A stretch of 63,273 bases of DNA, counting the filler, from Perkinsus chesapeaki ATCC PRA-425 (taxonomy: Eukaryota > Protista > Perkinsozoa), in assembly GCA_013115145.1 (NCBI GenBank). It is 8 parts of 8 records of this genome, joined end to end, with 100 filler letters (N's around TTAATTAATTAA, not from the genome) between each part and the next. Parts side by side here need not be neighbours in the genome. Positions count along the whole stretch, not along the records: positions 1 to 2,986 come from JAAPAO010001484.1; positions 3,087 to 5,708 come from JAAPAO010001561.1; positions 5,809 to 32,589 come from JAAPAO010000502.1; 5 more parts are not named here. One strand, 5' to 3'. Under the pieces are notes generated by a model. The model was given only the letters and a program-made list of their open reading frames with translations. It was not told the origin of the DNA and ran no database searches. This document shows positions 1 through 11,033 of this stretch, piece by piece. Position 1 is the stretch's first letter. Each line of letters starts with the position of its first letter. The position numbers were made by a program, and so were the translations under genes.

Positions 1-600
1 TTCGACGGTTTTTTACCTAACTGGTGTTACCCACACTATCATACCCTATGTTTGGTTCTACAGTTCCCCTACACCGACTTTGGTATGTGTCTGAGATATG
101 GATGCCGAGGACAAGATTGTTATCACCCTGCTTATTATGATGCTTTCTCCATATGCTCACATGGTAGCTTTCTTCTTTGTTAACCTTTGGATCTTTCACG
201 GGTTATTCATTTTTCTGGGAGAAACTTCTTTTGATGCGTCACGCTGGCGATCGGTAGATGTGCCCGAGCAGCGCTCTTTGGAGTTTGCGCCTCAATTGTA
301 TTTAGGCCTTGTACTTACAACAGTTTGTTGTACTTAAGCATATAGTGGAAGGCCCAAACTTTCCTAGATAGTGTTTTGTTTGTCACTGCCCAAGGATGCC
401 CTTAACGGCGCTGGAAAGGGTCAGGTACGGCATCTCGGAATGATTCATAGTTTCTGGCCCCGGGTGAGAGACGGGCTAATGGCCCGTCTGGACCTGCATC
501 GAGTGATTCTTGCTGATGAAACTTCAAACATGAAAGCCTCGTTAGAAGGGATTAGTCTTATACTGGGTCCTCAAATTGAAGTGGTGGTGGTGGTGGTGCA
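1..600 (-). pseudogene. Possible highly decayed non-LTR reverse transcriptase relic
   Basis: Broken minus-strand frames give DAGPDG (cf. RT xPGPDG), ICLSTTNCCK (cf. PISLTSxxCK) and LVLGIHISDTYQS (cf. xLDIxKAFD) in the expected order, with stops and frameshifts. Weak resemblance only. Confidence 0.25.
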
Positions 601-2986
601 CTAATAACACACAAGTCTCAGCATCCCATACATGGAGTATGATGCGGCATAGTACAGCGTTTACCGGTCATGTTCCCGACATGTGCACCGTTATTTATGC
701 TGTAGTATCATACGAAGGCATCGCTCTCCTGGAGGCCCTTGAATGCTTAACCATCGACACCCCCGATGAGTGTAAGTAGGGAGCGGAAGGAATGTATCGC
801 TTGTCTTGGTAAGGTCTTAAAGTATCCGATCCTCAGGTACACACGCAATTCTATATTCAGCGACTTTAACTATATAATCCAGTGAGATCAGAGTTGATGG
901 CCAATTTACTGAGCCGGTGGGCTCCGTGTGGTATGTAGTCCTTTTGTGATTCACTGACAGTGCCGCTCCGTGGTAACTCTCCGCGGTACACGCAGAGGCC
1001 TGAGAGGTCTTCGCAGTATCTTCAAGTTGTGCTTGACCTCGGCAAAGATATATAACAAATGCTCGGATGAGGGAAAGTCCTTTCCCACCAGAAGCAAGGT
1101 AAATGCGGCCTCTGCTCGAAATGCAGATAAAATGCACAACATTGTTCACTGCCCGAGGCTCTGCCGAATTCCACTACCCTAGACGTCTCCGAGTTGGGTT
1201 GTCCGGTTGTAAAATGCATGGTACCGTCATACTATTCTGCGTGTTGATCACCGAGGCCCGGAGTAAGGCTCTGGGATGGTTTAGACATCCGAAGTCTGAA
1301 ACGGTTGAAATGGATGAACTACTTACAGAAGGGTATAAACAACGATATGACTTAGAAGTCGAGGTGAGTGATGAGTACGGAGATTCCCGTCTTATGCGGA
1401 ATTATGGACATTTCTTCAGGATTCTAGTGTAACGGAGACAGATGTGTTTGGTACCACGTATTGTGAACTAACAACGCAGCCTAACATGGGGCTCTTCGGA
1501 CATCTCTATGAGGGCAAAATGGTTATTGATAAATTAACCTGTCCGCCAACTGAATACGGGCAACAAAATGCCGGTAAAGACTACTTCCCTGAGACATTGA
1601 AGTAATGCAGAAGGTCCAGAAACCTTTTCTTCTTCTTCATATTCCCTCTATCACACATTGGTTGTTCTATTGTGGATATTCTGTCAGCTCGAATCCTCAA
1701 GAATGCGAATTATTCTCGATTCGCACGCTCATGCTGAGTGTCCGCTCAACAAAGAACTGTACGAGCGCCTTTCTCGAGATGGCTAGAGTGCACAGCACCG
1801 ATTCTTCCCCCACATCGAGTGAGCTTATAGACGGGTTCTTCGATCACGAAAGAATACCAGGTGTCACCTCCCCAGCAGTCCCCACCGCATCGTTAAGCCG
1901 CCTAAATCGTGAGTTGTGCGCCGATATCGAGGAGAAGCATGAAATGAAAATAAAAATAGAAAAGTCCACGTATCTTGTTTATCCAGAGGTAAGACGGGCA
2001 ATCAGGGTGCTAAGTAACCTTGCAACTCAGAGCTGGAGATTCTCAGAAGTAATCGACAACTTCAATGAGAGACTCAGGTGTATCTTATCTCCCGTGGATC
2101 TCCGGCCAGTTAGATTCACACGGGGTTCACAAACAGCTGCGGCATCTCGGAAGCCAGCTGAAATGATACAGATTACGGGAGACAAGTATGAGATAAAGAT
2201 TAATGTGAAGAAGGGAGAATTATGGGAAGAGTAGGATAGTGCCCCTCGAGATATGATACCTCGAAAAGCAGTGAGCATTGAACTTTTTTTGGTATCTCAG
2301 GAAATCTAACACTATCGGGCTTGCTAAAATTAAGCAAGCTCTACAGGCGAAGCTACATGATGGGAGTCTGTGGCATGGTGGCCATTTATGTTCGAACCTC
2401 GTGATTTCGACATTCCAGAACATTGCCACAGACGATATGCGCAAACGAGTCTTGTCGGACTCTAAAAAGATCGATGAATTTTTCAATTCAGTTGTCGAGG
2501 CTTAACACATCTGCATAGATAGGAGTTTACTGCTGATTATGGTTATCATGTGTTCATGTGTGTGTTAAAGTATCTTGTTGTGTCCAGTAGGGAGTAGCAT
2601 GATTCAGGCAATGATACTGGGAGTGCGATCTCCTAGACGCCAGAACTACCGGTCTTCAAAAGCTGTATGTACTGCATGACAATGCGCTCCGTGGCGCAGT
2701 GTGGTCAGCAGATGCGAGAGTGGTGTTATAGAACTCTGTGGCTGGAAGCCACTCCTCGTCATATGCCACCGAGGGTTGGTAATAGAGAGAGGCAGTAATG
2801 CGTGAGAAGCGCATATGAACCATACGTATTGCGAAGTTTATTAACTTGGCACGCATGCGCACCATGAGTCACCACCGGGTCACAATTAATTGGGCGTGCG
2901 CTCAATCCACGCACTGTAAGCGGAACTCGTGAAGCGCTTCGCTCCGCTGAGTCCGACTTATATTCTTTGTGCCAGCTTGTCCCATT

Positions 2987-3086
2987 NNNNNNNNNNNNNN
3001 NNNNNNNNNNNNNNNNNNNNNNNNNNNNNNTTAATTAATTAANNNNNNNNNNNNNNNNNNNNNNNNNNNNNNNNNNNNNNNNNNNN
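2987..3086. other. Artificial contig linker (N44-TTAATTAATTAA-N44)
   Basis: Six-frame-stop linker flanked by Ns. The same linker recurs at 5709-5808, 32590-32689, 34067-34166, 39747-39846, 53225-53324 and 58125-58224. Confidence 0.98.
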
Positions 3087-4004
3087 TTGGCAGCGCCTCA
3101 AACTTGCAGAATTAGAAGTCTAGGTATTCATTCTGACGGTCTGTACCGCGCTTGGACCCAATGATTCGATACATTAATTACAGTTTTGGATACCTAACCT
3201 AGAGTCCCGAGCAAAGATGTAGTACAAGCAAGATTGGTAATTAGGCCAACAGAGGCTTGCACTTATGGTGAAAGATTGGCGGTGCGGAAAATCTATGAAT
3301 TTCGAAGTCCAGTGGATTATTCTTGACAAACTATATTATACTTTGAACCGATGCTTCAATACATTACTTACAATTCTGTGAGACAAGTTACGTGTTCCGA
3401 GCAAGCATATACTATGAGGCATATTGGATATCTGATTTACTCAATGTTACACTCATTGTCAGCGATTGGCAGCGCCTCAAACTTGCAAAATTAGAAGTCT
3501 ACGTATTCATTCTGACGGTCTGTACCGCGCTTGGACCCGATGATTCGATGCATTAATTACAGTTATAGATACCTACCCTGGTGTTCCGAGCGAGGATATA
3601 GTACAAGGAATATCGGTAATTAAGCCAACAGAGGCTTGCGCTTATGGCGAAAGATTGGCGGTGCGGAAAATTTATGAATTTCGAAGTCCAGCGGATTATT
3701 CTTGACAAACAATATTATACTTTGAACCGATGCTTCAATACATTACTTACAATTCTGTGAGACAAGTTAGGGGTTCCGAACAAGCATATACTATGAGGAA
3801 TGTTGGATATCTGATTTGCTCAATGTTAGACTCATTTTCAGCGATTGGCAGCGCCTCAAACTTGCAAAATTAGAGGTCTAGGTATTCATTCTGACGGTCT
3901 GTACCGCGCTTGGACCCGATGATTCCATGCATTAACTACAGTTCTGGATACCTAACCTGGTGTTCCGAGCAAGGCTATAGTAGAAGGAATATCGGTAACT
4001 AGGC
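3087..4004. repeat. Tandem repeat, 379-bp unit, about 2.4 copies (runs into the contig end)
   Basis: TTGGCAGCGCCTCAAACTTGCA restarts at 3087, 3466 and 3845. Copies differ by scattered substitutions. Confidence 0.95.
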
Positions 4005-4769
4005 AGGGATGCACGAGGAACTCTCGCCGGCCCGGATGGCCATAGCGAGTTGCACACGTGGCACGCTATTTCGATGTACGAGGTTACCGTTCAACTTGAA
4101 CGGGATGAAACTATACAGAGCAGCCGCTTTGAGATTGTCAACGTGTTATGATAGTCGACTTGAGTGTGACCATCATCATCGAGTCTGCCGCTGATTATCA
4201 GCGGCTGATATACATGAGAGTCTCATGATTAGACTCCCATGATGGCAGGCGACTAATTCATTGTGCACGACGTGCACTGCACGTGGTTCAAGTTTATGAA
4301 AGTAATGTAACGGGGGCTCCCTCAGGGAACTTGATCAGAGTTCGAGTGCGTTACTCATATGTGTCGATTACTCGAGCTTCTCAACTCGAGCCTCGAAGTT
4401 CGGGCAGAGTTTTGGCGGAACTGCCGCGGGCTGAGCCCGAGCGAGCGAACCCATCTGGGGAACTCGAGCTTTCACGCTCGACTCGACTCGACTCGTCCGA
4501 CTTAGAGCTCTGCCATACTCTGTGCCAGCTGCTACCATACGTTCCAGCACTTGTTCGGCGTGTTGGTTTGTTACGCCGACCGACATGGGCACCCATCAAC
4601 GGAAACTGAAGGGACTTGTAATACAAGTCTTGTATGCACGGTTTCAAATTTGACCGTTGGGCTGCCCAACTTGGGCATGCGTGCGAAAGTGCTTGCACAT
4701 GCGTACATTGACGTGCTTCACGATCTGCAATATCGGATATGGACCATATCATATGGTGATTATATCACC

Positions 4770-5080
4770 ACTCTGATGGGATTGTGCCCTGTAGGGACTC
4801 GAATGGGTGGCCCGATGTGGAAACATAGCATGGTACGCACTAAAATATGTACAGGAGCGACTTTGAGGGAAATATCGCGGCACGTGCTCTAATGTGTGCG
4901 AAGTGACACCGACCACAGAGAGGTGCATCGTAAGTTGATCGCAAGCGAAGACAAGAGCGACTTGAATACAACTCTCATGGGATTGTGCCCTGTACAGACT
5001 CGAATAGGGGGTCCGAAGTGGAAACATGCCACTGTACGTACTATAATTATTATAGCGCGGTCCGTGCTCTAATGTGTGCG
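4770..5080. repeat. Diverged direct repeat pair (4770-4900 and 4971-5080)
   Basis: Both copies begin ACTCT(G/C)ATGGGATTGTGCCCTGTA and end CGTGCTCTAATGTGTGCG; the second has an internal deletion. Confidence 0.85.
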
Positions 5081-5227
5081 TTTCATGAAATATCATGAAA
5101 TTTCGTGAAATTTCGTCTGAAATTTCATCTGAAATTCCGGCTCACGAAATTCCGTGAAATTTCGCTTGAAATTGAAATTTCATGAAATTTCATGATGAAA
5201 TTTCAACGCCTCCGATGAAATTTCATT
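5081..5227. repeat. Cluster of (T)GAAAT(T)TC(A) palindromic motifs
   Basis: About a dozen GAAATTTC-like copies packed into about 150 bp. Confidence 0.85.
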
Positions 5228-5808
5228 TCGGAACACCCTAGTTGAGCTCAAAGGCGCTGCACATAGGTAATCATCCTGATAACTGCCTCCCATCCTTGGG
5301 CCTAGGGCCTAGGCACTGGGCCTGTGCATTTCTATGCTTCCGCTTTAGTTGAGCTTAGTGGAACCATAGTAGAGCACTGCTTTCAAACCAGTACTACGTT
5401 TCTGCTGCCGGCGCCTGCCACGCGCCGCCTGCGGGCGGCAGGCTGCCGCAAAACTCCGCTTGATTACATGGAGCCGAATATTTTCGTACGCGAGTACGAT
5501 GAGGAAGTATCAAGCAGGCGATCCCTCCTCCAAGTGGACATACTAAGCTGTTAGAAGACCGTCTCTATCTTGGTTGTTTTATTGAAGGACATGTTATCGA
5601 TGTAACTGATAGCGGGAAGTGAGTTGCCTTGCGCTTGGAGCGGATGGGGAATAGAGATAGATACTCAACCCAACAGGATAGGCTCTGAGAGCAGCTTATC
5701 CAATGCTTNNNNNNNNNNNNNNNNNNNNNNNNNNNNNNNNNNNNNNNNNNNNTTAATTAATTAANNNNNNNNNNNNNNNNNNNNNNNNNNNNNNNNNNNN
5801 NNNNNNNN

Positions 5809-5880
5809 CCGAGTGGTTAAGGCGGCGGCCTGCTAAGCCGTTGGGCTCTGCCCGCGAGGGTTCGAATCCCCCAGGTGTCG
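5809..5880 (+). tRNA. tRNA-Ser(GCT), 5' end lost in the gap
   Basis: A-box remnant CCGAGTGGTTAAGGCG, anticodon arm GCGGC-CTGCTAA-GCCGT, long variable arm TGGGCTCTGCCCG, T-loop GGTTCGAATCC, 3' acceptor strand GGTGTCG, then TTTT at 5885-5888. Confidence 0.92.
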
Positions 5881-6349
5881 TGCATTTTGGATGCCTCTGA
5901 GGCCGATGACGCGCGCGCGTAGATGTCAGGAGAGGCATCACTCTACACCTGCGATTTTGGTGTAGTATTATGCGACTGTTGGTACACCGCTTGAGGTTTC
6001 CCGCGTAAACTACCCCTTGGCAGCAAATGAACAATACCCGATGCAGGATGGCTGGGGGGGGGCGGAAATCGAGAAAGAAGAGGGGGAAAAAGAAAAGGAG
6101 AGAAGAGGGGGAAAGGACAGAGAGAAGGGAGGAAGGAGAAAAAAGACCAACCTGAAAGCATCCAAGTTGAATAGAGCCCATGGAAATACTTCCCGACGAT
6201 AACCGTTCCCAACGCAACACCAACGGCTCAGCTTTAAACATCATTTCGTCATCATGAGCTTTGTTCCTGTTCTGCCGGGGCGCGGACCTGAATGCGGGAG
6301 GAAAAGATTCTCCCCGTCGTCGCACAGTGCTCATTCTTATATGAAGGTG

Positions 6350-8560
6350 TTAGCCTTCTATCCTCGCTTTCCTCTCAGCCAGCCTGACTCGTTGCTGCCT
6401 CCGATATTGCTCGCGTTTCCAGGCATTCTTCCTCTCTTGACGTTCCCGTTTTCGTCTTGTTTTCTCTGCTTTCAGCTGTCGATACCTCTCTAGTGGATGT
6501 GTCGGGACAACTGGGCAATACCACATTAGCTTGTCCCCTAGGTCATCGTCCTGGAACTTCTCGTGGAAAGGTACATACGTGCCATCCGCGGGGTCTTGTA
6601 TTATGCTTTCGGTAGAGAGTCCACAGTGCCCACAGCGCTGCTTCTTGTCCGAGCGGACGCCCACGACTGAGAGTGTGAGCAACCTCTCGCGTGCTTTTGA
6701 TTGAAGCTCTTCACGCGTGCGTGCGTTCGAGTTGGGACCTATGGGAGGTGACTTGCCTCAGCTGAGTCGGTCCACCTACCCATACGCATCCCTCCGGTGA
6801 AACCGGGACCCCTCCCGAACATAAAATCCTGTATGAACCACTGCTGAGCGCCAGTGGACACGAACGGACATCAGGAGGGGCCGATCCTTGACAACATGGC
6901 TGCTTCCTTAACCCATACCGAGTGTCGGTTTTCGTTCTTACTGCTCCCCGGGCATATTCGCGAGGCACCGTTAGCATCACGATGAACGACGCTGGCAACC
7001 CCGCCTTCATACTCATCGCTGAGGCAATCAGCGTGGCTCGGCACGCAGCGGAATACTGCGGCAGTATTACTGCCCAGAATTGCGGGCCGAGCGAAGGGTG
7101 CCCAATCGTACCTTCCTTGACGGAGCCGTCTTGGGTAACATCACTCACGTCGGCCAGGGTCGCACACTCTAGGTCCAGTTCCCAGAAGCTTCGAGCTAGC
7201 TCTAGGAGGCGTTCTCGTAGCACATCGCCAAAAGGTATGTATCTTCTGGCGTTTTTTCTCAGTATTTCTTTGCTGATCTCCCGATCCGTCTTCCCATCCT
7301 GTATTCGTTAGGCCTGCAGCCTTTCCAAATCTCCATTGTCGGAGATATACATCGCCTCCCCCAACTTACAGCAGAAGAGCCCGTAGCGGCAGTGGTTTTG
7401 ACTGACCGATCGCGTGAGCGTGAATTGTGCATGCAGACTGTCAAGCCGTAGTATAACCCGATCGCAACCAACGGAGTCACGAATCAGCTCTGCATTATTC
7501 TCTCCCTCTGCCTGACAGCATCCTCGATCTAGATAGCATATAAGGGTGGATGGCAATCGCCTTCTCAGCTCTCGAAGAGCTTCCCTCAGGTGCCGTACGG
7601 CATGCGGCACATGCTGGTATCAGGGACGAATATAACGTTTCATATGACGCCTTCATCTGCGGTGAGGCACACATTGTGTGCCACACAAGGTAAGTACTCT
7701 CATTACCAGCTAGGCGGGAGCCGATAGCTCGGTGGTGATCCAACGACAATGTACTGCTCACAGTATACGATGCCAACTCTCGGGACAATGCATCTTTACT
7801 GGCTTGGTAATCAGCTAGAAGTGCTTGCTTCGCAATGCGGTACGTAAGACAGGTCTCAGGCAGCGGTATGAGGCTCGTACTATGAGCACTTCAATATTCT
7901 CTTTCACGATGGCGATATCATCAGAATTTGCCATCGTCGCGGCATTGAGTAGAGTACCCTCACAGTATTTCTGTGTCACAGTCCCGAGACAAGCTCGCCG
8001 TCGTGACACATTGCTAATCATGAGGCCGTTATAAGTCTCGCACTCTCTGCCTATCATCGCCCCGTTACGGAGCGGATAGACAATGGTCTTCGCCACTACA
8101 GTATGGGTACTTACGACCACATACTGGTCCGTAAACTCACCGCAAACCGACTTTGGAAGACTCTAAGATACTCTACGCAAAGAGTGAATATTGTACCATC
8201 TCCCTCCAAAACCACCTTTGGCCCAACTAGATGGGACACTCTGCGCGTGGCAGAAGGGCATTTCCCGCCTACTGGCAGGAATGCCAGTAGACACCGACGA
8301 TTCGAATCGCCAACTAGCTTAGCCAGCTTATCGGTACGTTGCCAATCGCGAAACGCCTCGTCGGATGACTGAGCCCTTTTGCGATAAAGAGCCTTTTGCT
8401 GTATAGCTCCGCGACAGATCGGATGGGGCTGTCAATTCGCAACTTCCAGCCGGCCTTCAGAAGGCCGAAGAATCTTCAAACCCGAAGAGAATCTCTTCAA
8501 CGTCAGGTCCCGGCAAAAGGGAATCGGTGGAATTGGTTGCGGAGGGTAGGACCTGAGCAT
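6350..8560 (-). mobile_element. Decayed DDE transposase gene, Dada-like DNA transposon
   Basis: Stitching minus-strand frames gives YSKRLFI...GPKVVLEGDGTIFTLCVEYL, then LSLDHH (D, ~7740), YLDRGCCQ (D, ~7528), RLDSLH (DxxH), HCRYGLFCCKLGEAMYISDNGDLERL, RKNARRYIP, HADCLSD, GSSKNENRH (E, ~6932) and a C-terminal CGHCG...H...WYCP zinc finger. Several frameshifts and stops. Motif order matches my recollection of Dada transposases. Confidence 0.72.
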
Positions 8561-8632
8561 GTTGTTTTGATTCAAAACTTTTGAATCACTCGCCTATACA
8601 GCCTCACTACCCGGTAGTGACTACCGAGGAGG

Positions 8633-8772
8633 GCATTCCGCATTCTTGGGGCTGCATTTCACTTTCTTGGGGCTGCCTTTCGCTTTCTTGGGGCTACATT
8701 GCGCTTTCTTGGGGCTGAATTTTGCTTTCTTGGGGCTGCATTTCGCTTTATTGGGGCTGCATTTCGTTCTCT
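8633..8772. repeat. 21-bp minisatellite (GCATTTCGCTTTCTTGGGGCT, about 6.5 copies)
   Basis: Direct tandem copies; the minus strand reads (KCSPKKA)n. Confidence 0.93.
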
Positions 8773-9995
8773 TCCCCCGGGTTCCCACCATAACATTCTT
8801 CATTGGGTCCCTGAGGTACCTACGACTGGACTGATGCCGGCATAAAGGCGGCAGACCGTCTGCCGCAGCCGGAAAGAAGAGCCTACTTCCCCCCTTTGAG
8901 CCTGGGGGTCGAAGGCTCTAAGTCTTTTTCGTCTCTCGAGCTTGGTGTTCGGCAGACACAAAAATCAGTCTACATATGTTCAACCAGCAGACCTAATCGG
9001 GCAGGATGGGTATTTTAAAGATGACCACTTTCCTTTACTTGGCATGTCAGTGGAATTGAGAATTTCAGTCGGAGGTTAATAGAGCATTTGTAGAGTCGTC
9101 ATTGAAGGGTAGTGGCTATTGGTTTGTTTTTGGCAGTAAAGAAGTTTTCTAGTGGAATGGTGATGACATCACCGTGATGTACCCCTCCGGTCATGCCAGG
9201 AACACCACAGCTGATCTGAACGCCATTCTGCAGTTCAAGATGCTTGGTGGGCTCTCGGTTGTGGGTTTGATGGGAAAGATAGGCGATGAAGGAGGAGATA
9301 TAATAGGAGGAGAGGATAAAAGGAAACTACCAACTGCTACTGAAAAGTTATAAAGTTTCTGTTACTAGCGAAATAATAAATAATTCAAGTTAACGCATGT
9401 ATGTGTCATTGCATTGTCGCCACTGACTGAACGCAAGGCGGTTGAGGTTTGGAAGAACAGACTAATGAAATAGAGATAGGACCCTAACCGCGACTCTGCC
9501 TATCTATTCCGGGCCCCACTACAACACTTCGGACCATGAAAAAATCAAAGTGAGCGAAAACACGCGTGTGGCCCAGACGAGCAAGGGCGGACGAGCACTC
9601 CGATAAAACGCACTCACACAAAACGGGAGTACGATTATATCTGTTCCAAGCAACTTGTCTGAAACGAGATCGTCCGTAATCACAGCTGCTTACTCGGGAG
9701 GGCACCAACAGCATGCTTGCTTACTAAAAATTTAATGAATAAAAACCGGCGGGAATAACCCCGGCTCATATAAATCGATCCATAGAGCCAATGAGGCGAG
9801 CGGTAATAGAATACGCGCCCATGTAAGCCTCCGTATAATCGGAACTACCTGAATCGCCATGAAACATTGGGGAATAAAGATAATATAAATCGGTGCTGCC
9901 ATCATCATTGATGATTTGTTAATCATATGACATTCCACGTAAGCCTTCTGTTAGAAAGATTAGAGAGTTAATCATTAATGTGTTGCTCTCTTGGC

Positions 9996-11033
9996 TCAAT
10001 GATGTTTTGCCAACTCAATTGCTTGTTTAACAGCAAGATCAGGTCGAAGGACGCCATACAGCATTTCCACTCCCTTTACTGTTCTCACTTTACCCTCAGT
10101 AGCATTCAATAATATTTCCTTTATCACATCTGGTTTGAATTTCTTGATACTTTGTATTAAAGCTGCTATGCCACCAACAATCGCAGTAGCACAAGAGGAG
10201 CCTCTGTTTTTCTTATACTGCCACTGACCACCTCCATGCCTTAGAATTGCTGATATGACTTCTGTACCAGGCACACCAAAGCTAGCCAACAGAGAAGCTT
10301 CAGACAACAGCAACGTAGGATCTGATGTTAATGTCGCAGCAACGCACAACACACCAGGCATAGCGTTCGCCAATGAACAGGGTAACTCGATCTCAGAAGG
10401 CCCGGTTGCAGTATTGTTGTTTGAAGCGGCAACGACAACGAAGCTACCTTGATTGACGGCCTTCGTGATCACCCTCTTGAGCATCGTGGACCTCTCCGGT
10501 GTAAATGGAGTACTAAAAGCGAACACTATAACCTCAGAATCCTTGGACTCGCTCGCTATCTCCCATCCTCTTTCCGTTTGCCAGACGGCAGCGGGTCCGT
10601 CGGGGAGAGCAACTAACCTAATCGGTCTTATCTTAACTCTATCAGCTATTCCAGTGATACCAATACCATTGTTGATTACTCCAGCGATAATACTAGTCAC
10701 CATCGTACCATGTCCTTGCGTGTCTTCGACTGATGGCACTGAAGAACCAGAAGCGTCCCGCCCTTTCAATAGTTTGCCCACGAGGTCAGGTTGCTGAGTA
10801 GCGACACCCGTGTCGATAACAGTGACGATGACATCTCTACGGGATAACCCGGACTCTCGGACCGCCCTCCAAGTCTCTTGGATATGCAATGCCTTGAATA
10901 GGGCTCTCTGATCCGAAAAGTAGGGGTCGTTGGGCGGGTATGGTAGTTGACCAAAGACGACCCGAGGCCCTCTGAAGGACAAAACTAGACACCAGTGTAA
11001 TATATACTTCGATAGTCTCGGAAGTGTTATCAT
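9996..11033 (-). CDS. Subtilisin-like serine protease (peptidase S8), intronless, probably secreted
   Basis: Catalytic triad motifs VIDTG (D), HGTMVTSII (H) and GSSCAT (S); oxyanion AASN; PNDP mature-domain start after a hydrophobic N-terminus. The ORF is open back to 11090; ATG at 11033 preferred. Confidence 0.93.
   Translation of the reverse strand: MITLPRLSKYILHWCLVLSFRGPRVVFGQLPYPPNDPYFSDQRALFKALHIQETWRAVRESGLSRRDVIVTVIDTGVATQQPDLVGKLLKGRDASGSSVPSVEDTQGHGTMVTSIIAGVINNGIGITGIADRVKIRPIRLVALPDGPAAVWQTERGWEIASESKDSEVIVFAFSTPFTPERSTMLKRVITKAVNQGSFVVVAASNNNTATGPSEIELPCSLANAMPGVLCVAATLTSDPTLLLSEASLLASFGVPGTEVISAILRHGGGQWQYKKNRGSSCATAIVGGIAALIQSIKKFKPDVIKEILLNATEGKVRTVKGVEMLYGVLRPDLAVKQAIELAKHH

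Noticed and set aside
1605-2505. 209-aa plus-strand ORF and nearby ORFs
   Set aside because: No recognisable motif and no splice model I could support; may be decayed coding sequence.
2935-2949. 15-mer CGCTTCGCTCCGCTG also present reverse-complemented at 25762-25776
   Set aside because: A few exact 15-mer matches are expected by chance among all position pairs in 63 kb.
3031-3042. TTAATTAATTAA motif recurring seven times; ORFs ending in X...LIN
   Set aside because: Artificial six-frame-stop linker. It is not biological, and neighbourhoods across it cannot be trusted.
8633-8772. CRISPR-like appearance of short repeats here and at 42352-42447
   Set aside because: Repeats are head-to-tail with no spacers, there are no cas genes, and the context is eukaryotic.
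8900-8935. GGGGGTCGAAGGCTCTAAGTCTTTTT as a decayed tRNA T-arm marking the Dada insertion flank
   Set aside because: Needs about five substitutions in 17 nt to fit; not distinguishable from chance.
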